Origin: Octopus vulgaris
Lineage: Eukaryota
Assembly: GCA_951406725.2 (NCBI GenBank)
Contig: OX597822.1
Location: forward strand, 6,696,001 to 6,760,000
Length of the DNA stretch: 64,000 bases
Direction: 5' to 3'
The first letter of the stretch is position 1, and each line of letters opens with the position of its first letter. Under the pieces are notes generated by a model. That model did not search any database, was not told the DNA's origin, and was given only the letters and a program-made list of their open reading frames with translations. The translations under genes were made by a program, and so were the position numbers. Of this stretch, positions 53,887-64,000 are shown in pieces.

Positions 53887-54429
53887 GTGTATGTGTGTGT
53901 AATGCATTCACTTTTTGCATAGTGCTACCGGAAAAAATTAGCTTTGTGTAGCGGAAAAGCCTGCTGTCATAATGTTCGCATCATTATGTGAAGTTACAGA
54001 CGATAATAGGATTCGACAGTTTATGTCTTCCACCGAATAGTGTCACCTGGGTCTTAATTGGATCGTATGAAATGCTGTTGAGATGGAAGAACGTTGGAAA
54101 TGAAATAGATTGAAGATACAGTGCAGGACATGCAAAAGAATTATGAAAGACAGAGAATAGGAGCGTCGCCAGAAATATGAAATTTAAGCAGATTTGGCAA
54201 GCAGAAAAAGGTTGGTTGTTCTTTAGGAAACCTGTGTCTATCAGCGCAACAAAATAAGGTATGTGTCAGAAGTTCTAACTGAAACCAGCAGCAACGGCTC
54301 TCTTTGCTGCATGTTAAGGGTTTTTATAGCTGAATCTACCATCGTTTGAAGATAATGAATATGGTGAGAGAGAAACTGCATTTTTGGTCGATCTTCTGAT
54401 AATATCCATAGAGTTTGAAACCACTGGAA

Positions 54430-54539
54430 GGAGCGAAAGGTGATGAAATCATTGTGAACACCAGCTGAGAGTCGATGAAAGGCATGCATTCGCAGGGACT
54501 GTACTACTACTACTACTACTACTACTACTAATACTGCTG

Positions 54540-54605
<66 letters not shown>

Positions 54606-54760
54606 TCAACCCTCCAGTTCGTGACCAGAGCTTTGTCCTGCGCTGCAAGTATAATACTGCAAGTATAATCATGTAGTCCCTTCTTGCGTAATTTTTCTTC
54701 ATGTCCTCCTTGTACTCGTTCCATTGTTTTCCATTTTTCCTTTGCTCTCAATACTACCAA
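54430..54760 (-). mobile_element. R4-like retrotransposon fragment split by (CTA)n
   Basis: KKGLHD..IILAAQDKALVTNW matches the pre-CCHC I.AAQDQAL.TN motif. Confidence 0.6.
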
Positions 54761-54768
54761 CTACTGAA

Positions 54769-54812
<44 letters not shown>

Positions 54813-55297
54813 CGATGGTAGTGATGATAATAATAATAATAATAAATGCCCTGATACAGTGCCATTCACTGACTCTCGTGTGTCAATTCACTGGCTTTAG
54901 AATGTCCAGAAGAACTGTTAGGAAAGGTCTATCCCCTTGACACGGCCTGAATAATCAAGAAAGCATGAAATAGAATGATACCGTAGGCTGCAGGTTGTAA
55001 GCCCACTACGCATGCAAAACTCAAAGAGCTCCAACAAAACCTTCGATAAAGAGATAATAATAATAATGATAATAATAATAACTTTAACCCCTATATGTAT
55101 ATATAATCACCCCCTCCCTCGAATTCAGTCCTCGCTCTCACTTCCTCTCGCTCCCTCTTCTCCCTACACAAAATGGTAGCTGGATGTTAAATATTGTGGA
55201 GGGAGACCCTGTGAGACCCCGTGAGACAATCATTTCTCACGGAATTGACCGGGGTAAATTATATCAGGATCTCTGAGAATTAAAATATGATAACTAT

Positions 55298-55298
55298 T

Positions 55299-55355
<57 letters not shown>

Positions 55356-55359
55356 CACA

Positions 55360-55393
<34 letters not shown>

Positions 55394-55441
55394 TATTACA
55401 TGCATACATAAAAACGCACGCATACCCCCCTGATATATATT

Positions 55442-55473
<32 letters not shown>

Positions 55474-55602
55474 TGTATGTATGTATGTATATATGTATGT
55501 GTACATGTATGTATGTATGTATGTGTGTATGTGTGTATGTATGTATGTATGTATGTATGTATGTATGTATGTACGTATGTATGTATGTATGTATATATAT
55601 AC
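55298..55602. repeat. (CA)n and (TATG)n microsatellites
   Basis: direct reading. Confidence 0.97.
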
Positions 55603-56622
55603 ACCTAGGACTCGGATCATTCATAAAGGAAATCCATTCGTCGAAAGTATAATTGCTAGGAAAGGAATTGGTTGAAAAATCTATGATCGTAAAACCTTCG
55701 TAGGAATGCATATTCATAGAAAATTAGAGAAATACATAAAAACCAAAAGCCAACTGATTTTTAGTGATAAGAACGAAATTATATTTTAGATGAGATTTAT
55801 TTTCAATTTCTTTTCAAATTATTTTCGCGTTAGAAAATGAAGTAGACTTCATTTTCAGTAAAAATACGCCGAAATCTAATCTCAATTAACTTTCTGAAAC
55901 AACCTATAGTAAATTTAAAATTACTAATTATTTTGAAGAAAAAATGAAAGCAGTGTTTGAATGTTGTTATTACCATTGATTGTTTCGTCACCTGTTATCA
56001 GCTCGAAACGGATCACGCCAACACAGTCCCGTCAGACACTAAACAGCACTTTTCTTAGACAGATGTCTCTTTTTGGATTGTTTTGGGTAAGCGTTTAACA
56101 ATATCTTAAATGATCCATTTTCCATCATTTGTCAGGATCTGTCCATAATTGCAGATGTCCACACCTATTGAGATTTTGTCTTTCAACTTATAATCATTGA
56201 ATTTTATAAAATGTGACGCCATTTCAAACTCATACAGTTAAGAAGTAATTGCTCAACGACCTCTCTTTAATTTCTCAGCATATTCTGTACACATAACCGC
56301 GATATTTTTATAAGAAGCGGAGAAGAGTAATTCTACCTTATGCTATGCAAAACTACCTTCCCGTAGAGCCCCAATTACTCGTTCAATCTTTGCAAAATTC
56401 TCCAAGTAGTACTTTCATTTAAACAAACTTTTCCACAAACACCATGCATATTTTGGATTGTTTTTGCCGTATTACTGTCAATCTAAAGTCATAAAGCAAC
56501 ATATGTCCTAAATGCCCCGTGAACACGACCGATTTTAGGATAGTCAACGCAGTAAGTGAAATGGATGATTCCTAATATGAGATGAAGTTAAAATATATAA
56601 CTGCACGAAGTCACATACATAC

Positions 56623-56653
<31 letters not shown>

Positions 56654-56670
56654 CATACTTACATACATAC

Positions 56671-57185
56671 AGTATGGCCATTGCACGAAGCTTAACTGTT
56701 ACTGGTGCTGTGATCGAATGTGACTTTTTAGCCCAGCTAAAGATCTACAATGTCTTGTACAAAATTGGCAACTAAAACCTTTACCGGTAATAGCCGGCTG
56801 TCGTTGTAACTGGGCTTCATGTACCTTTGCATGTCGTTTAAGGCTTCCTGCCGAATTAGACTCTCTTCCACATGCCCGACAGATATGATTAGTATGGTGC
56901 GTTACACCACCATCAGTGACCAGGTTGTCACTCATCTGTCTCGCTTTATGACTACGAAGATGACTCATGAGTCCAGCTTTACTGAGGCAGAGTCTTGCAC
57001 AGAGATCGCATGTCAGCATCAAAGGAAGACCCTTCCCATATGGAAGTGTAACAGCGGTGCCCTTCCTGACATCCCTCCTTACTTTCTCATGTGCAACTCG
57101 AGATTTCTCAAAAGTGGCTGTCCCCTCATGCACAATCCTTCTCCACCTGCTACGATCAATAGCTATGCTTGCATCTCTCCTGAAA
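56671..57185 (-). mobile_element. RTE (BovB-like) LINE 3' end encoding three C2H2 fingers
   Basis: AIDRSRWRRIVHEG..FE (RTE C-terminal motif), then CDLC..H..H, CRAC..H...H, CQFC..H; 3' end runs into a (TATG)n tail. Confidence 0.85.
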
Positions 57186-57202
57186 CATACATACATACAT
57201 AC

Positions 57203-57755
57203 ATGGCGGCTGCCCTCTCATTATCGAGGATGGCCATTGCACGAAGCTTAATCAATGCTGTTATCGCTCAATGCCTGTGCAAGAAGATTGTTTTTTAAAG
57301 TGAGGAAAGGCTGTGCACTGAGTCAATCCCACTCACTAAGGAACACCAGCCATAATCAGAAAAGAAGAACGAGTCAACATCATCGATAACCACTGAGCCG
57401 CAGATTTTATGTCGGAGATATCCCAGTTACCTGAGTTACCTTCTCCTAGAAGGATGCCCTAAGGCAAGGAGTCCTTCATTCCCAATGGTTTAACTGCGCG
57501 ATCGGGTATTCAGTCCGATTATTTCTACGTCCCCGCGCATGATACAGCCTTAAGACATTTATTGGATGGCCATTGACTCTCAAGAGTTCCTCTGCTCTTT
57601 GACGGGTTTTGTTTTTCATCCCGCAGGGTGTCCAATAAACACCCTCCTCACCAAGCAAGCTTGGTGGGGTTGCCGGTTTAGTCGCCGACAGCCCGACCAT
57701 TCAACAGTTTGTACTGGGTTACATGTTACCAGTAGCACTCGAAAGTGACCTGACA
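57203..57755 (-). mobile_element. non-coding RTE-derived short element sharing the 3' end of the adjacent LINE
   Basis: tggccattgcacgaagcttaa shared (56675 and 57231); (TACA)n on both sides; no ORF. Confidence 0.7.
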
Positions 57756-57779
57756 TAACATACATACATACAGCTCCTT

Positions 57780-58942
57780 GAGCAACGCTTTTTGTCTGAT
57801 AACCTAAAATGCATGCCGAAAGAAGTCGCACAAGTCTATTGCAACGTATCATCAGATAAAAACACCAGCCTATACGAGCAGAAGACTATGCATGGATATG
57901 TTAATAGAAAGCTCCGTAATGATCATCAGAGCAGTTTATCATGGACCAATAGCCGGATTACTACCTCTCACTTTGATGGGTATGCGTTTGTAATCCGGGA
58001 ACAGGAAATATCAACCAAATACTTGATATACAAAAGGGATAGCGATGCAGGAAAAGCTATGAAATGTGACAAGCGATGCAGGCTTTTTGGAGTTTACGCT
58101 GAAGATATCACCCACACGATAAGCAGTTGTCCGAAAATGTCAACACGTTATAATCTGCCGATGAGACAGACGTTGTAGATAGGACACTGTATAATGAAAT
58201 CCGTCAGAAGGATAATCTCGGTGACAAAGAATTAAGAACCCACAACATGGTAGAAACCATAGCCACTTATAATACCAAGGAATTCTGGTGGAATGTACCA
58301 GTGAAAACCTCAACAAAATATAATCACAACAGTCCTGATATAATGATTTGAGACAGAAAAGAGAAACTGTGGACTGATGTAGAAATTAGCTGCCCAGCGG
58401 ATGTTAACATAAAACTGAAAATCAGTGAAAAGTAGAACTCCTGTGCTGAACTATCGAGGAAACTGCAGTTACTCTATACAGATTACAAGTTCAGGTTTAT
58501 ACCTGTAATTATTGAAGCCCTGGGATATGTAACACACTGCCTAAATACTACACTTGAGAAATTAGGCTTCTCAAAACCAGAAAGGAGACAGCTAGTTCGA
58601 AGACTCTAGATCCAATCCATCACTGGAACTGTAAAAATCTATAAAACTTTCCAGAAGTTTACCGTTTAAATAAATATGAGCATGCTTAGATATACATAAA
58701 CCATACAAATCTGCACATACATACACACACACATATACATACATACATACATACATACATACATACATACATACATACATACATACATACATACATACAT
58801 ACATACATAGAAACAAAAATACACTGTTTTTGATGTTGAAATTCCAATGTAACCTTCAATCTAGGTTTAGAAACCGGTTCTTTCTCTATTGTCAAGAAAT
58901 CTTGAAATAAACTGAATGATGACCTACCTACCTAACTACCTA
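57780..58942 (+). mobile_element. second RLE-type (R4-like) retrotransposon family, 3' end, in (TACA)n
   Basis: HGY, GYAFVIREQEISTKY, CRLF..EDITHTISSC, FWWN, HNSPDIM, VEISCP, IPVIIEALG; 3' UTR then (CCTA)n(CATA)n. Confidence 0.88.
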
Positions 58943-59172
58943 CATACATACATACATACATACACACACATACATACATACACACACACATACATACATA
59001 CATACATACATACATACATACATACATACATACATACATAGAAACAAAAATACACTGTTTTTGATGTTGAAATTCCAATGTAACCTTCAATCTAGGTTTA
59101 GAAACCGGTTCTTTCTCTATTGGCAAGAAATCTTGAAATAAACTGAATGATGACCTACCTACCTAACTACCT
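58810..59172 (+). repeat. tandem duplication of the ~130-bp 3' terminal segment
   Basis: 58810-58941 vs 59041-59172 differ at about one position; separated by (CATA)n. Confidence 0.92.
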
Positions 59173-59233
59173 ACATACATACATACATACATACATACAT
59201 ACATACATACATACATACATACATACATACATA

Positions 59234-59550
59234 CAGATTACACGTTCAGGTTTATACGTGTAATTATTCGTACAGTGGGATATGCAACATACTGCCTAAA
59301 TGCCAATCTTGAGAAATTAGGCTTCTGAAAGACAGAAAGGAGAAAGGTTGATTTGGAGACTACAGATCCATGCCATCACTGGAACTGTAAAAGTCTGTAA
59401 AACTTTGCAGAGGTTTATCATTTAAGTATATGTAAGCATGTCTAGAGATGGAAGCATGTGTATGGGAATACGTAATTAACACAAAGCACACAAATCTGCA
59501 CTTATATACACATACATACAAAAATACCCTGCTGATGTTGAAATTCCAAT
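59234..59550 (+). mobile_element. diverged 5'-truncated copy of the 57780 family
   Basis: homologous to 58479-58848. Confidence 0.85.
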
Positions 59551-60191
59551 ACATACGAACATACATGCATACATACATACATACATATATGCATTGTGCA
59601 TTTGTTTTCGAGTACTAGGTGTTGTGTGTAAAAAACATCCTGACGAGGGGAGTGTCAATTCCAAATATATGATATGTTTAATAGATGAACATTTTTGTAG
59701 TTTTGTAAATTTGTATATTTATCTTCTCTGTATCTTTCTCTGTATTTTTTCTCTGCCATTTTAATACGTCATTATAATATGTCTTTGTATGTTTTATTAC
59801 CCAAAACTTTTCATTTAACAAATTTATACAAAATGTTTTACGATTTTAAGCGTACATTCAATATGTTATATATGCAACATTGATTCTTATATATTTATAT
59901 GTTTTTATATGATGTTTATATATTTATGTATTACTATACTTTTAAACGTTGGTCTTTATATCTGTTCTATAGATATAAATGAATATATGAATATATATAT
60001 ATGTGATTGATCTTTCTGTGGATTTTGTAATGTTCATTTAGTTGCTGCTCACATTGCCTTCCCTCGGATTAATAAGTGTATACAGCTCATTTGAGCACTA
60101 CTATTCCTCTCTGTTATATGTTTTGAGTGTTGTTGTCACTAGCGATCTCAAGATGTAACTTTGTATTTTGTACATATATACATATACATAC

Positions 60192-60224
<33 letters not shown>

Positions 60225-60228
<4 letters not shown>

Positions 60229-60488
60229 CAATAATATGTTACATTACTCGATAGTCAAGATAAAACTCTGAGTTTCAGATGCCGAAGTGGGAATCCACGA
60301 CATCTCTTCGGTTATCTGGCTATTATAGCCAGATAACCGAAGAGATGTCGTGGATTCCTACTTCGGCATCTGAAACTCAGAGTTTTATCTTGACTATCGA
60401 GTAATGTAACATATTATTGTATAGATAAATTTCCTCTATTTACATAATATTGAGATCTCTTTCTTTCTTTTGTTATCTTACCGTTCTA

Positions 60489-60492
<4 letters not shown>
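60225..60492 (+). mobile_element. near-perfect 199-bp palindrome plus tail in (TA)n
   Basis: arms 60225-60323 / 60325-60423, 1 mismatch, centre at 60324; 68-nt tail. Confidence 0.9.
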
Positions 60493-60533
<41 letters not shown>

Positions 60534-60669
60534 TTTTGATATGGTAGATGAGTTCAGCAAAAATTTAGATTCAGATGAATATGGTACTGAAGTTGAGGCA
60601 CCAGCATTTAGTACGGTATTGTCCATACAATAATACCGTACTAAAATCACATAGTAACGTGATTAATAT

Positions 60670-61103
60670 AAAAATAAGCAACAAGTTTATCGAAAGGTAA
60701 TTCAGCGCGATTGTTTCATGCTACTCCATTTAATTGAACAATGCAATCATTGCATCAATTTAAAATGCAGAGCAATCCTCAGCTGCACAAAGTCATTGAA
60801 TTTAACTAAATCAGAACACAAGAACACCTTAGTATAGTTATACCTAAAATCTCCAAGAAGTTAAGGAGATAGACAAGGAACATGCTGTCCCCACTCCAGC
60901 ATATCTCCTTAACATCTTGAACATTTTAGGTATAAGCATAGTAATGTGTCCATCTGTTCTAATTTAATTAAATTCTATGTTTTTGTGCAGCTGAGGATTG
61001 CTCTGCATTTTAAATTGATGTAATGATTGCATTTCTTAATTAAATAGAGTTGCTTGAAACGATCGTACTGCATTACATCTGGATATCCTTGTTGCTTATT
61101 TTG
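60670..61103. mobile_element. long imperfect hairpin element with a hammerhead in each arm
   Basis: arms ~60670-60870 / 60901-61103. Confidence 0.8.
60985..61073 (+). ncRNA. type I hammerhead ribozyme (long helix II)
   Basis: GUGCAG/CUGCAU helix I, CUGAGGA, ..GAAA-CGAUCG-UA (palindromic ACGAUCGU, GUA triplet); degenerate inverted copy at 60700-60788. Confidence 0.75.
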
Positions 61104-61107
61104 AGTA

Positions 61108-61191
<84 letters not shown>

Positions 61192-61902
61192 TGTGAGTGT
61201 GTGTGTATCTGTGTATGTACATCATGGCAGGACTGCCACACCAGCATATAAAGATCAATTTGTATATTCTTTATGAAAGACGAGGTTAAATACTACAAGG
61301 ATAGGCAAAACCATAACATTACTTCGCAAACTTCCTTGAAAATGTTTCTAATTTCTCTTTTACATTAACCTATATCTAAACTATTTGTTGAGCGCTATTC
61401 AACTTTTTCTAACTGGTTTTTATTAAAATACACAATAAATATATAAAACTAATACATCAAATAACTGTCTCATATATGTTTAAAAATATATATATCTTAT
61501 TAATTATGGCTCGAAGCAAAATTTAGATTGAAATGAATTTAATACATTTCAATTTTCTTCAATTTACATTGTTCTTCATATTTTGTATTTTAGATTTTTA
61601 TACCATAATTATCTCCTATTTTTCTCATTTCTGCCGATTCCGTTCTTTTGTTGCCCATATACTACTGCTTTCGCTGAACGTCTTTGAACTTAACTTAGCA
61701 ATTTTTTTTCAATATAATATTACATGATCCATTTTTGAATAAACGTCTGAATTCTTATTACTGTGTGGTAGATAGATTCCTTTTACCGACTAATGATTTA
61801 GAATTAAGGAAAACGTGCTTATTTGATCTGATGGACTCATATCTATAAAATAAACCGCACTTATGCTCTAAAAACATAAATATCCAGTTAGAAAAATATA
61901 TG

Positions 61903-62066
61903 CGTAGGAGTGGCTTTGTGGTATGTAGCTTGCTTACGAACTACATGGTCTCAGGTTCAGTCCCACAGCGTGGCACCTTGGGCAAGAGCCTTCTACTATA
62001 GCCTCAGACCGACCAAAGCCTTGTGAGTGGATTTGGTAGACGAAAACTGAAAGAAGCCCTTCGTAT

Positions 62067-62119
<53 letters not shown>

Positions 62120-62337
62120 TGTGTGTGTATACGTTTTTGTGTCTGTGTTTGTGCCCCCAACATCGCTTGACGGCCAATGCTGATGTGTTTACTTACCCCG
62201 TAACTTAACGGTTCGGCACAATGACCTATATAGTAAGTAATAAGCTTACAAAGAATAGGTCCTGGGGTCGATTCGCTCGACTAAAGGCGGTGCTCCAGCA
62301 TGGCCACAGTCAAATAACTGGAACAGGTAAATGAATA
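61903..62337 (+). mobile_element. full-length CORE-like tRNA SINE
   Basis: same family as 24906-25279. Confidence 0.9.
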
Positions 62338-63270
62338 GCATAGGTACTGTTCTGTAAATTACTTATTAGAACATAAATCGCATGCCTGCTTCTCTGCTGC
62401 AGTATATATACTTCAGAGGTAACCCCTAGTTGTCACACTGTGTTAAACTTTCACTGACCAAAACACTTCAGTCAATTGGCAGTTAATGACCGGCAAATCA
62501 CTATGTGTAATATGACTTATATCTTTGGGTAGCATCTACTATTTCCTATTTGATTACCACTAGAAAGTATGAAAAATGGCTGATAGTTCCTTCAAGCATT
62601 GCCCTTGTTCAAGCCCTAAAGAATCTCTCATGACCATGATGCCTCTCCACCCCGCATCCCATCTACTGCTCATGATCAGGGATGCACATGTTTCAACTAA
62701 GGAACATGCTGGAGAGGTTAGGGTCTAGCAAATCTGTGGTGGGTTTGAGCAGAATATTTGGTATAAAGATATTTCTGTTGCAGGAACTAAGCACTTCATC
62801 TTTGAAATGTAATTGAAAACAGAACTGTTTCAAAACAATGATGTCCAGGCAAGGAGAGCAAAATTTGAAGGGAACAGTAGTCATTTTCTTTGATGTCTAG
62901 ATAGAAGCAAAACGGAAATAATACTCACCAAATAAAATTTTTCTTACACAGTGTTATTGATGAACACATCAAAAGACCGGTTAAGGGTTATTTCTCCTGT
63001 CTGTTCTCTGTAGTTGTATTAAGTGGTTCCTCTTGTAGCAGACCCACTTTAACAATACCACACACATGACACTTATTTCGACATTACTGGCGTGTAATAT
63101 TCAGTGATTTAGGAAGAACACCAGAATAATGCAATAGACATCAATCTTCCACTTCTCAGATGTAATCCACATGTTTCTGGCAGGATGAGCTCAGTTAAAG
63201 CTGTAAGGGACAACAACTGCATCAATTTCGCCATCAGATCCATTAAAACCCACTAATTTATATATATATG

Positions 63271-63573
<303 letters not shown>

Positions 63574-64000
63574 CATACATACATAAATATACATATATAT
63601 GTATATAATCCCACCGCACAAAAATAAAGAAGGAAAAATAACGAAGCCAAAATATACAGAGGACGAGGTACAAATGTGAACTCTGTATTACTGAAAGATT
63701 AAACATTATATAATCAAATTGGTGTGAAGCTGGCTCGCACCTCTCTCCAGAATTATAATGCATAAATATCGAGTAAAACCAATGTTTGCAAGGGCAGTCA
63801 GCATCGGAAAATTTACTTAATATCGCAGAGTTGTGTAGACGGACAATAATGAAAGTCTCTTTTAAGCATAGCTTGCATTTGCCTATCTTTGTATTATAAG
63901 GTTGAGCTTCTTTTATAATGGATCAAGCCATTGTATATTGTATGTTTTGTGATTTAAGATCATGTATGTGTGTGGTTAATGATGTGGAGAATTTGTACTT

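Noticed and set aside
55960-56600. internally deleted mariner-like relic
   Set aside because: Only weak HMLLYDF and terminal similarities, and no TIR pair found.
56699-57196. host C2H2 zinc-finger gene
   Set aside because: It is preceded by the RTE A.DR..WR motif and followed by a LINE-type tail; the start codon lies in a microsatellite.
57560-57755. HDV-like ribozyme at the RTE-derived 5' end
   Set aside because: Plausible from RTE biology, but I could not build the nested double pseudoknot by eye.
58810-59172. CRISPR-like repeat-spacer array
   Set aside because: There are only two 130-bp units separated by microsatellite; they are retroelement 3' ends, and no cas genes are present.

Overview
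AT-rich, microsatellite-dense eukaryotic intergenic or intronic DNA made almost entirely of transposable-element debris. No host gene, rRNA, true tRNA or CRISPR array is supportable. The SINE types and repeat content resemble an octopus (coleoid cephalopod) genome; this is an inference from recall, not verified. DNA transposons: mariner/Tc1 copies (one full-length at 4222-5506 with TA TSD) and a Chapaev3-like element (24799-27289, ATA TSD). Retroelements: many R4/Dong-like RT-RLE fragments, CR1-, RTE- and Tx1-like LINE ends, Gypsy relics, tRNA-derived SINEs and a rearranged Penelope-like element (RT + GIY-YIG, 43.6-49.0 kb). Two signals stand out. (1) About ten type I hammerhead-ribozyme motifs from several unrelated families sit in short, often hairpin-shaped non-coding inserts next to (TA)n repeats. 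One pair is identical across the ribozyme while its flanks have diverged. (2) A ~2.9 kb (CA)-rich, ribozyme-terminated retroelement (50.2-53.2 kb) contains tracts that look strand-specifically A-to-G hypermutated, as if ADAR-hyperedited RNA had been reverse-transcribed back into the genome. All alignments and folds were done by eye; boundaries are approximate unless a TSD or TIR is quoted.
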